Assembly (NCBI GenBank): GCA_963784375.1
Contig: CAWAQY010000001.1
Location: 140,486-204,485 of the forward strand
DNA: 64,000 bases
From: an uncultured Chloroflexia bacterium
GTDB lineage: Bacteria; Chloroflexota; Dehalococcoidia; GIF9; UBA5629
Reading direction: 5' to 3'
Below, piece by piece: positions 38,401 to 48,433 of the stretch. The notes under the pieces are model-generated. The model searched no databases and was not told the origin of the DNA. It saw nothing but the letters and a program-made list of their open reading frames with translations. Within the stretch, counting starts at the first letter, position 1. The number at the start of each line of letters is the position of its first letter. The position numbers and the translations under genes were made by a program.

Positions 38401-39623
38401 ATATTTACCGTGGAACGTCAGCATTGATTAATTCTCAAAAGACGCTTCTGATCCCTAAAATGGCTCCTCATTGTGAGGTCATATCGGCTTCAATGGAAGC
38501 GTTTGGAGTCAGGACAATAGTATTGCCGGAACCCGACGAACGCAACCTCCTCTATAGCGAAAAGGTAACTTCGGGAACTGAGTGTTTGCCCTATCGGATT
38601 ACATTAGGCGATTTCATCAGGTTCCACCACGAACACGGACCCGATACCCGAAACTTCGAGGGGTTCGCTGCGGGCTCATACGGCCCTTGTCGATTGGGCA
38701 AGTATTCGATAGAGCAAATCAAAATACTTAAAAACATGGGATTCGACCTGCCAATTCGCACCACCGTATCAAATAACGCCTACAGAGATTTAAACCTCGG
38801 GCCCGGTTTTGAGCGAATCGCCTGGCGCGGTATTGTAGCGATAGATTGTCTCGAAAAATTGGTATGGCGCACCCGTCCTTACGAGAGAATAATAGGGGCA
38901 TCAGAATTACTATTTGCCGAATATGTTAGCAAAATCGCAGAACGCATTCGACTTAAGGAAACTTTCCATAGCGTGTTGAAACAGGCCACCGCCGAATTCA
39001 AAAAGCTTATTTATCTTGATCAACCGCGAAAACCTCTTGTTGGCATTAACGGCGAAATCTACCTACGATCTAATAAATTCAGTAACAGGAATTTGGTAAA
39101 AGTCTGTGAAGATGCCGGACTTGAGGCTGTTGTTTCTCCCCTGGGGGAATGGTTTAAATATACATCGTTCCGGAACTTTGAAGATGCCTGCATCGACCGA
39201 AATTTTAAAAAAATAGTGATCAGTGGTATCAAAAAACATATTCAGGAACATGATGAGCATTCTATCTCTATGGATTGCAGGGCAATCCTGGACACTGAAG
39301 AACCTTCTACATCTGAATTGCTTCGCCTGACAAGTCTCTACCTTTCTCCGAAATGCGGTAGTGAAGCAGTCCTCAGCATCGGTTGCGGGATCAACTGGCT
39401 GGAAAACCCTCGGTTTGCTGGAGTAATTTCAGTGATGCCACACGGTTGCATGCCAGGGGGAATCGTGGCAGCCATGGCAGAAAAATTCAGCTCGCTTTAT
39501 CACAAACCCTGGATCAGCCTTACTTATGATGGCTTTATGGAGACCAACAACCAGTCAAAAATAAACAGTTTCGCTGAGGTAATAAAATATTGTTCAAAAG
39601 AGGTTACTGGGGCCGCCAGATAA
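35493..39623 (+). CDS. Fused 2x BadF/BadG/BcrA/BcrD-type ATPase (HgdC-like activase) plus Cys cluster plus DUF2229/HgdB-like dehydratase-related domain
   Basis: Two ASKHA ATPase units (LGVDIGS.N.K / LGVDVGSTSTK), each with CAAGTG and a second cluster Cys (RCSVFA / RCAAFM). C-x7-C-x2-C-x3-C lies at about aa 583-598. A long C-terminal domain follows. 1376 aa, uninterrupted. Confidence 0.8.
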   Translation: MTYSLGVDIGSVNVKTALIDDNCNVVFLDSEKIASGPKAAINSLLIKISKKFNHEQITSAGASCSGKTIIPKELNWAENSSSLSISAGLIHFHPDAKTIIQIGGQSSIVIALEDGLKKPWKTFSNPLCAAGTGRFMEQQAYRLGISMEDFATMALKCQESPPRIAARCSVFAKTDLIHLQQKGVAVENMLYALCESISRMVSSLNKGAFEPPVYFLGGVASNKAVVKALSEVLSAKNSHPLQVIVPENHLYIEAIGSALLSRGKRAQTILIPESDRLQKYFEMPKLEVISEKNDDFDKLIEKPGIGYLGVDVGSTSTKAVIVDDKGNVIAKHYLMTAGRPVNAVKEVFTGLLKKGAGKTEIAGAGVTGSGRYLIGSLIGADLIKNEITAQTRAAADIDSEADIIEIGGQDSKLVLKKNDIVFDYQMNKACAAGTGSFIDELAEMLNISVKNGEFAKLAFEAPYTIDLGTRCAAFMGQAVSLAQQEGIPLSVITASLANSIAKNYLSKVVGNRKLGNKVILTGAVFYNQAVISAFRQQLKGKTFTVAEHKEVTGAIGAALLAKEDLSGRKSNFKGFQEVVDSECNLSSFTCKACDNNCTITRLETNKEKPTFYGSRCDRYESAANQKKTTTFFDEREKLLFREYIENKGSGPKVGIPRSLLIYDYAPLLIGFLNKLGVRVNFSGKTTKEIVEKSTQLSYTDSCFPLKLLHGHTASLLENDYILYPCIIRLGEKEGEENQKYACPLVQASPFIVNQVLELKGKLLAPIFDFSHGNSAVINTLANTAIKMGFNKKAGIQAALAGIKAQQQFELDKTALGERLIKQLHQNKQLGVVIFARSYMSQDAGANLSIAEKLAQLGVVPIPLDFLPLSTVSANRYSDRPYWLYENKQIAGAVITKADPQLYGLILTNFGCGPNSFILRLVEDIMGDKPLGQLEIDEHAAEAGIVTRLEAFVDTISNFDSTRNSEVPLTNIYRGTSALINSQKTLLIPKMAPHCEVISASMEAFGVRTIVLPEPDERNLLYSEKVTSGTECLPYRITLGDFIRFHHEHGPDTRNFEGFAAGSYGPCRLGKYSIEQIKILKNMGFDLPIRTTVSNNAYRDLNLGPGFERIAWRGIVAIDCLEKLVWRTRPYERIIGASELLFAEYVSKIAERIRLKETFHSVLKQATAEFKKLIYLDQPRKPLVGINGEIYLRSNKFSNRNLVKVCEDAGLEAVVSPLGEWFKYTSFRNFEDACIDRNFKKIVISGIKKHIQEHDEHSISMDCRAILDTEEPSTSELLRLTSLYLSPKCGSEAVLSIGCGINWLENPRFAGVISVMPHGCMPGGIVAAMAEKFSSLYHKPWISLTYDGFMETNNQSKINSFAEVIKYCSKEVTGAAR

Positions 39624-39667
39624 TATTCTTTAGAAATTATAGGGAATATCTTTTAGAAAAATTAGCT

Positions 39668-40303
39668 ATGGTCGATACTATTCACGATGCAGAATATCAA
39701 CAAACAGCTAAAATAAGTAAACGTTACTTATTACAAACGAGCCATTTGTGGTATCTTTTACTCGGTACCACTTTATTCGTTTTTTCACTCATCATCGGGT
39801 TAAATTCCTCCTCTGATTTAAGCGGCGGAACTTTGGAAGACCTTGTCCAAACTCTTAAACCTATAATTGAGTTCTTAGGCGCCTTCGGCCCATTAGCGTT
39901 GATACTTTTTATCTTTCTGAACAATGCTATTAAAGCTTTGTTGGCAATGGTTCTGGGAATTTTGCTGGGGTTACCAACACTCTTTTTCATTGGCAGCAAT
40001 GGTTTCATTATCGGTATAACAGTTGCGGCATTAAAATATCAGGTAGGATACGGGGTAATCGCAGCCAGTCTGGTACCACATGGCATAATCGAAATCCCGG
40101 TACTCCTCTTGACTTCAGCGCTAGGGTTAAAGATAGGCGCAGAGTCAGTGAGATTCCTGATCGGTCAAAAAAGTTCGGTAAAATCGGAATTGGGTAAGAG
40201 CATGAAAATATACCTGAAATGGGGGCTTGCCAGCTTATTTATCGCAGCGATTATCGAAGTGGTTATTACTCCATTTATAATCACACTTGCTGGCGGAAAA
40301 TGA
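39668..40303 (+). CDS. SpoIIM/DUF95-like integral membrane protein
   Basis: FLNN....L.....G........NG...G and PHGI.E.P motifs. Start chosen at ATG 39668, downstream of the giant gene's stop. Confidence 0.55.
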   Translation: MVDTIHDAEYQQTAKISKRYLLQTSHLWYLLLGTTLFVFSLIIGLNSSSDLSGGTLEDLVQTLKPIIEFLGAFGPLALILFIFLNNAIKALLAMVLGILLGLPTLFFIGSNGFIIGITVAALKYQVGYGVIAASLVPHGIIEIPVLLLTSALGLKIGAESVRFLIGQKSSVKSELGKSMKIYLKWGLASLFIAAIIEVVITPFIITLAGGK

Positions 40304-40337
40304 CTGTTATGATTCAAACCTCACCCAGAATCATAAG

Positions 40338-40979
40338 TTATTTTATACCTTTATCATTTGTGTCCGATTTACCTGAATTCGATGGGACCACTTTAACTTC
40401 CCCCAGACTTAGAGCATGCACGTAAATCTCTGCCGTCTTTTCCAAAATTTCACAATTGGTAAAGGCTTCTGTTATGTCTTTACCTACACTCAAGCAACCA
40501 TGATTTGCCATTATCACCGCATTTTTGTCTCCGAGAGATCGAACCACATTCCCCACCAATGCCTGACTCCCGGCTATCGCATACTTAGCGATCCTGATAT
40601 CGCCACCAAGAAAGATAACCTGATCATCAAGAATACTGGGTATTTCTCTGCCTACTACTGCTATAACGCTGCAATACAATGGATGGGCATGGATAATTGC
40701 ATTAACATCTTTTCGATTTTTATAAACTTCAACATGCAGCATCGTTTCCATTGAGGGTTCAAATCTCCCCTCCACCTTCGAACCATCAAAGCCTACAATG
40801 ATCATATCGTCCGGGTCCAATGAATCACAATTACGTCCACTGGGTGTAATCGCCAATAGCGTATTTACATTTGAGTTTACAATACGCAGGCTCACATTTC
40901 CCTCGTTGCCAATCACTAGCCCGTTTGCTATCATTTTCCGTTTGGTCTCAAGAACCAATTTCTTTTCTAATTCCCACAT
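40338..40979 (-). CDS. Class II aldolase/adducin-family protein (FucA/AraD/MtnB-like)
   Basis: GNEGNVS, ITPSG, E..MH..VY, HAH (zinc His), ANHG. Start at ATG 40979 after gggga. Confidence 0.8.
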   Translation of the reverse strand: MWELEKKLVLETKRKMIANGLVIGNEGNVSLRIVNSNVNTLLAITPSGRNCDSLDPDDMIIVGFDGSKVEGRFEPSMETMLHVEVYKNRKDVNAIIHAHPLYCSVIAVVGREIPSILDDQVIFLGGDIRIAKYAIAGSQALVGNVVRSLGDKNAVIMANHGCLSVGKDITEAFTNCEILEKTAEIYVHALSLGEVKVVPSNSGKSDTNDKGIK

Positions 40980-41223
40980 TGTTCTATTCCCCAATTGATT
41001 CCTTTAATATTTTGAGAGTATGTTAGAACGAAGGTAAACAACTGTCAAGAGAAACTCGAGGAACACCATCCGGGTTCAGTCCCACCTTATTTACACTCTA
41101 ATATTAATTCTGACACTATGGATTTCAACGTCCCAAAATCAACGTTTTGAGTCTAAATATTGTGAAAAGTCTAACTTTTAGCTGCCTGATATATTAAAAC
41201 GGAGTTGTGCAGATGGGTATAGA

Positions 41224-42252
41224 TTACTTCTGAGGTTCAACAATTACTTTAATGCAATTCTGGGCACTGGAGACAAGCTGGAAACCCAACCCTATCTGTG
41301 CCATGCTTAAGCGGTGGGTGATCATTGGGCGCACAGAAACACTGCCAGCCTTTATTAGCTCCAATGCGGTCTGGTAGTCTGCTGGACTACCGGCATATGA
41401 GGTAGTAAGTGTTACGTCATTACGCCAAAAAAGCTCATTTACTGAAATTGGAATTGTAACGTTTGGACCAGTGGGAGCAAACAGGAGAATAGTGCCTCCA
41501 CGCTCGACTGTTTGCATTGCTTGAACGATAGCAGTTGTGGCACCTGTACACACTATTACTAAATCCGCCAAGCGACCATCATTAACTTTGCGTAACAAAC
41601 CAGGCAACTCCTCTGCAGCAGAGACGGCGATATTGGCTCCGGATTGGCGTGCCGCTTCTAACCGATAGTCGCTGACATCAGTTGCCATAATCAAGCGCGC
41701 TCCGAGCGTGCGCGCCAATTGTATATGGAGTAACCCAGCAATGCCACTCCCGATAACCAGAATACTATTTCCAGGTCGCATATTCGCCCGCCTCTGTCCA
41801 CGCAGGATACAGGCTAGCGGTTCAATAAACGTCGCTTCCTCATAAGACATTTTATCTGGTAAGACAAATACCCCGCGATCGACATTAATGACTGGAAGTC
41901 TAATATATTCAGCAAAACCGCCTGGGTCAAAGTTCGTCATGCGCAGAGTATCGCAAACGGTATGGTTACCGCTGAGACAGTAATGGCATGTATTGCAGGG
42001 AACATGATGCGCCACCGTTATCCGATCGCCTTCTTTAAAGCGTTTCACCCCTTCCCCTATCGCTATAATTTGACCGCCAACCTCATGACCCAGTACCAGA
42101 GGAGCCCGATCAAGGCGGTACCACTCCATTACATCACTACCGCAAATCCCGCTGGCTTCTACTCTTACCAGAAGCTCTCCAGGCCCGATCTGCGGGATTG
42201 GAGCCTCCTCGACTCGTACATCATGGTTGTTATACCAATTGGCGACGCGCAT
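41224..42252 (-). CDS. Zinc-dependent alcohol/polyol dehydrogenase (MDR family)
   Basis: GICGSD..., GHE..G, structural zinc CxxCxxCxxxxxxxC (CNTCHYCLSGNHTVC), GSGIAGL Rossmann motif. Confidence 0.85.
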   Translation of the reverse strand: MRVANWYNNHDVRVEEAPIPQIGPGELLVRVEASGICGSDVMEWYRLDRAPLVLGHEVGGQIIAIGEGVKRFKEGDRITVAHHVPCNTCHYCLSGNHTVCDTLRMTNFDPGGFAEYIRLPVINVDRGVFVLPDKMSYEEATFIEPLACILRGQRRANMRPGNSILVIGSGIAGLLHIQLARTLGARLIMATDVSDYRLEAARQSGANIAVSAAEELPGLLRKVNDGRLADLVIVCTGATTAIVQAMQTVERGGTILLFAPTGPNVTIPISVNELFWRNDVTLTTSYAGSPADYQTALELIKAGSVSVRPMITHRLSMAQIGLGFQLVSSAQNCIKVIVEPQK

Positions 42253-42271
42253 CGTCTTCTGCTTTACTCAA

Positions 42272-43072
42272 CTACGATTTCTTTAATTTCTTTTCTCCGT
42301 CATATATCTCTTGAGCCGCTTTGGGAGTAGCTTTTTGGTGAATAATGGCCCGTATTCCTTTAATCATCCCTACTGGAAAAGCATTTTGCCAGATATTTCT
42401 TCCCAGATTTACTCCAATAGCTCCTTTTTGCATTCCATCGTAAACAAATTCGAATACTTGAAGCTCTGTATCGACCCGCGGTCCTCCCGCCATTACCACC
42501 GGAACAGGGCAACCTCTTACCACTCGATCAAAGTCCTCGCACCAGTAGGTTTTCACCACGCGAGCGCCCAACTCGGCCGCAATGCGACTAGCAAGTGCAA
42601 GGTAGCGAGCATCCCTCTTCTCCAGTTCTTTGCCAACAGCAACAACCCCCATTACTGGAATACCATACTTTTCGCCCTCATCAACGAGTTTTGCAAGATT
42701 TAGTAATGATTCTTTTTCATAATCACTACCCACAAAGACGGAAATGCCAACAGCGGAGGCATTAAGGCGGATAACCTCTTCCATGCACGTAGTAATACCT
42801 TCATTAGCTAGGTCTCTCCCGACCACGCTGGCGCCACCTCCTACCCTTAGGATAATTGGTTTAGTCTTGTCAGGATCAACACACGAACGTAATACACCTC
42901 TGGTAATAAAAAGGGCGTCGGCGTAACGTAGAAGCGGCTCAATGGTTTTACGTGGTTCCTCCAACTTAGTGGTAGGACCTTGAAAATAACCGTGGTCTAC
43001 AGGCAAAAACAAAGCATGCCCATCGGGCTGTATCAACTGCGCCATTCGATTTGCCATTCCCCATTCCATCAT
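42272..43072 (-). CDS. Class I aldolase of the DhnA/FbaB/LsrF family
   Basis: LPVDHG, later VK.. (Schiff-base Lys region VVKTYW), GG....D. 266 aa. Confidence 0.7.
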   Translation of the reverse strand: MMEWGMANRMAQLIQPDGHALFLPVDHGYFQGPTTKLEEPRKTIEPLLRYADALFITRGVLRSCVDPDKTKPIILRVGGGASVVGRDLANEGITTCMEEVIRLNASAVGISVFVGSDYEKESLLNLAKLVDEGEKYGIPVMGVVAVGKELEKRDARYLALASRIAAELGARVVKTYWCEDFDRVVRGCPVPVVMAGGPRVDTELQVFEFVYDGMQKGAIGVNLGRNIWQNAFPVGMIKGIRAIIHQKATPKAAQEIYDGEKKLKKS

Positions 43073-43437
43073 AATATGTTCTCCTTCAGATTTATAATTC
43101 CTTGCCTATGTTATGAGTAAATTCCAGCATCTGTGGGCGATGTAACTTTCTGATGCTACTATGCGGTGAAGGTATTATACTTCAAAATGCGAATTGGCCT
43201 CTACTTAATCAAATAGCCTCCACGGACGGTTATAAATCATTATAATAAAAAATAATTTAGCTGTTCAATATTCGCTGGTATCGTAGGCATGAAACAAGTG
43301 TTCCGGCAATAACACAAAAGATATGATTAGAACATGAAGTGACTTATCGGCATGTCTGGTGGCAAACGGTCAAAAATAGTTCCAAACGCTATACTTTTGG
43401 TAAATGCCTATGCCATAATACAGCAACGGAGATAAAG

Positions 43438-44565
43438 ATGAATTTCAACTTAACAGAAGAACAAAAAATTCTGCAAAATATGGCAAGGGATTTCACTGCC
43501 CGTAACATAGAACCTATTGCCGCACAGATAGACCGTGAAGGCAAGCTGCCGGATGATTTAATAGTTAAACTAGCGAATGTCAAGCTATTAGGCATGACTA
43601 TTCCACAAAGCTATGGCGGCAGTGAAGCAGGTACTTTGGATTGTTCTCTGGTAATCGAGCAAATAGCATATTCAGGAACTGGTGCCTGGTGGTTAGTCGC
43701 GTTCAATAATAGTATCCCGGAAGTCATTGTTCGTTATGGTTCAGAAAACCTTAAACAAAAATATTTAAAACCGCTCTGTGATGGCAGCTCCTATGGAAGT
43801 GTCCAGTTTACAGAGGAAGATACCGGCTCTGACCCGGAAGCGCTTACTACCAGAGCCAAATTGGATGGAGATACCTATGTCATAAACGGTATGAAGCGGT
43901 TCAGCACTTTTGGTGCCAGGGATGGTTATGCGATCCTCTATGTTAAAGATGAAAATGGGGGCTGCACCGCTTTTGTGGTCAAGAAAAACCAGAAGGGCTA
44001 TTCAACCGAAAAAAACTGGGATTTGATGGGTGCCGGAGGAATAGAAGCAGTTGATGCCTTTTTCCAGAACTTGCAGGTTCCCAAAGATAATATCCTGGGC
44101 AATAAAGGAAAAGGCTTTGATATCCTTTTGCACTGGATTGCTATAGAAAAGATAATGCAGTGCAGCGCCAACGTTGGAATAGCTCAAGCTGCATTGGACG
44201 AAGCTATAAAATATGTTAAGGCCCGAAAATCAAGGAAAAAACCGATCGCCAGTATGCAAGGGATAAAATGGATGCTGGCAGACATGCAATGCAAACTAGA
44301 AGCGGCGCGATTTCTCACCTACCGGGCGGCTTTTCTCTACGATCAAAAAGCCGCGACCTGGAAAAATGAAGCAGCCTGTGCAAAACTATTTGTCATCCCC
44401 ACTACTCTTGAAATCCTTGATGTAGCGAGACAGCTGCACGGGTGTTACGGATATACCAGAGATTTCAAGATAGAGCGGTTATTCCGCGCTGCCGCTGGTG
44501 CTTCAGGTATAGCTACCAGCATTGAAATCAACCGCTCTATCGTAGGTAACTGGCTTGTTGATTAG
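43438..44565 (+). CDS. Acyl-CoA dehydrogenase
   Basis: LTEEQ..L....R.F, FTEE..GSD, YGYTRDF.IERL.R. Start at ATG 43438 after acggag. Confidence 0.85.
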   Translation: MNFNLTEEQKILQNMARDFTARNIEPIAAQIDREGKLPDDLIVKLANVKLLGMTIPQSYGGSEAGTLDCSLVIEQIAYSGTGAWWLVAFNNSIPEVIVRYGSENLKQKYLKPLCDGSSYGSVQFTEEDTGSDPEALTTRAKLDGDTYVINGMKRFSTFGARDGYAILYVKDENGGCTAFVVKKNQKGYSTEKNWDLMGAGGIEAVDAFFQNLQVPKDNILGNKGKGFDILLHWIAIEKIMQCSANVGIAQAALDEAIKYVKARKSRKKPIASMQGIKWMLADMQCKLEAARFLTYRAAFLYDQKAATWKNEAACAKLFVIPTTLEILDVARQLHGCYGYTRDFKIERLFRAAAGASGIATSIEINRSIVGNWLVD

Positions 44566-44664
44566 CGCCAGGTTCGTGGTTTGACTTTTTCCGAAACTGA
44601 ACGGTATTCTAGATTACCAACACAATAGCAATAATCAGTAAATCGATTATAAGGATTAATTAAA

Positions 44665-45456
44665 ATGAGTAAGTTTATAGATAAATTGGTACGCATCTAC
44701 AAGACGTCAGCCCCGTCCCTTGGTTTCAGAAAGGCCACAGAAGAAGTAGACATTCCTTCAATGGCCATTATTGCCGACATAACCAAGGCAACTGTAAAAA
44801 AGGCAAAAAGTATGGCTGGTGATAAGGTGGACGCAGCAATTGTGAATAGCGCAGGTGTTGATACAAATCGTTTCAATGAACTGAAAACCGCTTTAGGCAC
44901 TCTACCGCTGGGTGTTTTTATAAGTGAAAATAGTGAACCTGATCACATTGGAAAGATTATTAAATTAGATTGGGATTTTATCGCCTTCGGGCTGCAAACC
45001 CCTTTAGAGATTGTAAGTAAGGAAGAAAAGGGTAAGATTTTAATAATCGAGCCCTCCACTGCTCCCGCTTTGGTCAGAACAATTAATGAGTTAAATTTTG
45101 GCATCGATGGGATTTTTATTGCCAACAATAATCCTTCCGCTACCGTAGGGTTTTTACTAACGTGCCAGCTTTTCACCAGCTTGATTAACAAACCATTGTT
45201 AGTAAACTTAGATTCATCAATCAGCTCTGAGGGATTAAGCAATCTTCATGCCGCTGGAGTAAAGGGGTTGATTCTCACGGAGGGAATGCCGCCGAAATCT
45301 ATTGCTGAACTTAAAAAAGAAATCAGCGGACTACCCAAAACCAACAAACGCAAAACCGGAACGGGCGCTGCAGTTCTCCCCCACATTGGTCTCCAAACAG
45401 AAGCCAGCGTGGAAAAAGTTGAAGAGGAAGACGATGGTGATGGTGAGGATATCTGA
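44665..45456 (+). CDS. Hypothetical protein with an acidic C-terminal tail
   Basis: 263-aa ORF with no recognised motif; ends EEEDDGDGEDI. Confidence 0.45.
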   Translation: MSKFIDKLVRIYKTSAPSLGFRKATEEVDIPSMAIIADITKATVKKAKSMAGDKVDAAIVNSAGVDTNRFNELKTALGTLPLGVFISENSEPDHIGKIIKLDWDFIAFGLQTPLEIVSKEEKGKILIIEPSTAPALVRTINELNFGIDGIFIANNNPSATVGFLLTCQLFTSLINKPLLVNLDSSISSEGLSNLHAAGVKGLILTEGMPPKSIAELKKEISGLPKTNKRKTGTGAAVLPHIGLQTEASVEKVEEEDDGDGEDI

Positions 45457-45458
45457 AT

Positions 45459-46078
45459 ATGACAGCAAGCTTCGGTTTGTTTTTACTTTCAGCGATAGGT
45501 ATATCGCTTTCCGGAGTCATGGCACCCGGTCCGCTCACAGTTGCGACTATAACCAAAGGGTACAACGATAAATATGCCGGCATATTTATTTCGCTGGGGC
45601 ATGGAATCATTGAACTGCCTATCATGGCACTGATATATTTCGGATTTGCTAATTTTCTTGCTTCACCTGAAGTAAAAAGAATTGTCGGTTTAGCTGGCGG
45701 CCTCATGCTTGCTTTTCATGGGCTTGATGCTATTCCGAAATATGAACAAGACTATGGGAAAAGCTGCTGCCGATCTACCCTATAATTCTCTAACCACGGG
45801 AATTAGTGCTGACCGGAGCAAACCCTTATTTCTTTTTATGGTGGGCAACAATAGGTATCGCCTTAATTTACGGTGCTGCTGAATTCGGAATCTACGGACT
45901 GGTAGTATTTGCTATCGTTCACCTGGCAAGCGATCTGGTATGGGAGCAATTAATCTCATTTACGGTATTTAAGACAAGGCACTTATGGACAGCTAAAGTT
46001 CAGAAGGTCGTATTTGCAATTTGTGCACTTGTATTGATCGGATTTGGAATCTGGTTTTGCGTTTCAGTCTTTTCCTAG
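45459..46078 (+). CDS. LysE/RhtB-type amino-acid exporter, two frame breaks (about 45718 and 45800)
   Basis: N-terminal PGP motif helix (SGVMAPGPLTV). The C-terminal part NPYFFLWW... is typical of LysE. The middle is read in a third frame. Confidence 0.6.
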
Positions 46079-46090
46079 ACAGCAAATCAC

Positions 46091-47236
46091 TTAGCAAGCA
46101 CGCTGCATAGCCTGAAAATACTTACCCTCGGTTTTAATTGAAGGAGCTATTACCATCTTAGCCTTGTGCATGTCCTTGAGAGTAAGCGCACCGCAAACTC
46201 CCATGCACGTGCGAAGAGCACCTATAAAATTCTCACTTCCATCAGTCATCGAAGTAGGGCCAAAAAGCAGCTGCTCTATGGTAGCATTTGTCCCGACCTT
46301 TACCCGGGTGCCTCTCGGCAACTCCCGATGTGAATGGGCCATACCCCAGTGATAACCTTTACCCGGAGCTTCTTTTGTCTTAGAAAGAGGTGAACCGAGC
46401 ATTACTGCATCCGCTCCGGAAGCAAAACATTTACAAAAATCGCTACCTATCCTTATTCCACCGTCAGTGGCAACCATTACATATTTACCGGTCTCCTTAA
46501 AGTAAGTTTCTCGAGCGCAGCGCAATCGATAGTTGCCGTTACTTGAGGTACTCCAATACCAAGTACTTCTCTGGTAGTACAGGCAGCACCCGGGCCCACA
46601 CCCACAAGAATACCATCCACCCCCTCTCTCATTAATTCCAAAGCCGCTGTATAGGTAACACAATTGCCAACCACAACAGGCAATTTTATCTCTCTCACCA
46701 GCTCCGAGAAAATCAATCCATGGTAGCTTTTAGATATATGTCTCGCTGTCGTGACTGTAGACTGAATTACAAGAATATCAACTCCTGCTTCTTTAGCAAC
46801 AGGGGCAAATTTCTTTGCTGTGGCAGGAATTACGGAAACGGCACATATGGCTCCAGCCTTCTTTATGGTTTTTATCCGCTCGGCAACAAGGTTTTCTTTA
46901 ACAGGTTGAGCATATATTCTTTGAAGTAATGCGGTAACGTCTTTATCTGAAGCTGCTAGAAATCTCAGCCAAAACGTCTTCGGGGTTTTCATATCTTGCC
47001 TGAAGTCCATCAAGGTTAAGGACGGCTAATCCGCCCAGTTTATTAAACCTTATGGCCATTTTTGTATCGACAACAGCGTCCATTGCCGATGCCATGACCG
47101 GAATAGAGAAAGTAAAATTGCCTATAGTAAAATTGGTATTCGCTTGATCCGGGTTGACGCTTACATCTCCAGGCACAATAGCAACTTCATCAAAACCGTA
47201 AGCACGTTCCATTTCTTTAAATTTTGGGATTTCCAT
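46091..47236 (-). CDS. IMP dehydrogenase-related protein (GuaB3-like, no CBS pair), two frame breaks
   Basis: Y.FDEVAIVPG, IPVMASAMD, LVIQ, GILVGVGPGAACTTREVLGIGVPQ, DGGIR.G.D..K....GADAVMLGS. Three overlapping fragments are collinear with GuaB3. Confidence 0.7.
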
Positions 47237-47345
47237 ATTGACCTCTCGAAGTTGGCAGAAACTATAGCAAAGGCACTAGGTAATGTCAAATATACGTTTT
47301 ACTAGATTAGTTACTGCCCTTACGATATAATGTTACAATCACATT

Positions 47346-48158
47346 GTGTCCGCACTTTATATTATTGCAACCCCTATCGGCAATCTGGAAGACATCTCCT
47401 TACGGGCTTTGCGTTTACTAGGTCAGGTTAAATTGATTGCTGCAGAAGATACACGTACTACCCGCCATTTGTTAAATGCTTATAACCTTAAAACAAAGGT
47501 TACCAGCTATTACGAGCACAACAAAATAAGCAAACTTGATTATATACTCGGTCGCCTCAAAGAAGGTGATGTAGCTTTAGTTTCCGAGGCTGGAATGCCC
47601 GGATTAAGTGATACAGGATATGAACTCATTTCAGCTGCGATCGAGCAAGGCATCCCCGTTGTGCCTATCCCCGGGGCCTCAGCACCAATTGCCGCCCTGG
47701 TATCTTCCGGTTTACCAGCCGACCAGTTTCTCTATGTCGGTTTTTTCCCACGCCGCAAATCGGATAGATTGCGTCTTTTGCAATCGATCAGTGACGAAAC
47801 AAGAACTATCGTCGCTTTTGAAGCACCCCATCGGCTATTAGAGACACTGAAAGAGAGTATGGTAATCCTTGGAGACAGGCGAATTGCAGTTTGCCGGGAG
47901 TTGACCAAAATATACGAGGAGATATTCAGGGGCACCATTAATCAAGCTATTTCACACTTTACTCTACCCAGGGGTGAGTTTACATTGGTAATACAAGGTT
48001 GTGAAATGAAAAAACCGGTAGTTAATCATTCCGTTGAGAAAAATTTAAATGATCTATTTAAGCAGGGGTTTACTGCGAAAGATGCTGTATCCCAGCTGCA
48101 CGATTACGAGCGGCATAACAAAAAAGACGCTCTATCAGGCCTGGTTAAAACTTACTAA
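47346..48158 (+). CDS. rsmI: 16S rRNA (cytidine1402-2'-O)-methyltransferase
   Basis: LYIIATPIGNLEDIS.RAL..L.....IAAEDTR.T..LL, SEAG.P..SD.G. GTG start. Confidence 0.9.
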   Translation: MSALYIIATPIGNLEDISLRALRLLGQVKLIAAEDTRTTRHLLNAYNLKTKVTSYYEHNKISKLDYILGRLKEGDVALVSEAGMPGLSDTGYELISAAIEQGIPVVPIPGASAPIAALVSSGLPADQFLYVGFFPRRKSDRLRLLQSISDETRTIVAFEAPHRLLETLKESMVILGDRRIAVCRELTKIYEEIFRGTINQAISHFTLPRGEFTLVIQGCEMKKPVVNHSVEKNLNDLFKQGFTAKDAVSQLHDYERHNKKDALSGLVKTY

Positions 48159-48170
48159 AGGAGATTGATT

Positions 48171-48380
48171 ATGCGACGCGGATGTATAACTATAGGTATT
48201 GTTAAATGCAACAATTGCGAGCGGATCATAGAACATGGTGAACGCTATTTGCTTATATCAGAAGACAGCGATGCTGAAGATCAGAAACAGCGTATTTGCG
48301 TGGATTGTTGCGTGAGCAAAAAGTACGCTCGCAACATTAAAGAAAAAGGGGAAGAGATTCTAACCTTTTTCGTTGAGTGA
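48171..48380 (+). CDS. Small zinc-ribbon protein
   Basis: C-x2-C ... C-x2-C (CNNC...CVDCC). ATG 7 nt after aaaggag. Confidence 0.45.
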   Translation: MRRGCITIGIVKCNNCERIIEHGERYLLISEDSDAEDQKQRICVDCCVSKKYARNIKEKGEEILTFFVE

Positions 48381-48433
48381 TAGCCTCAAGATTAAATCAC
48401 GAGTATTTTATTTCTTTCACGAGAGGTAATTAA

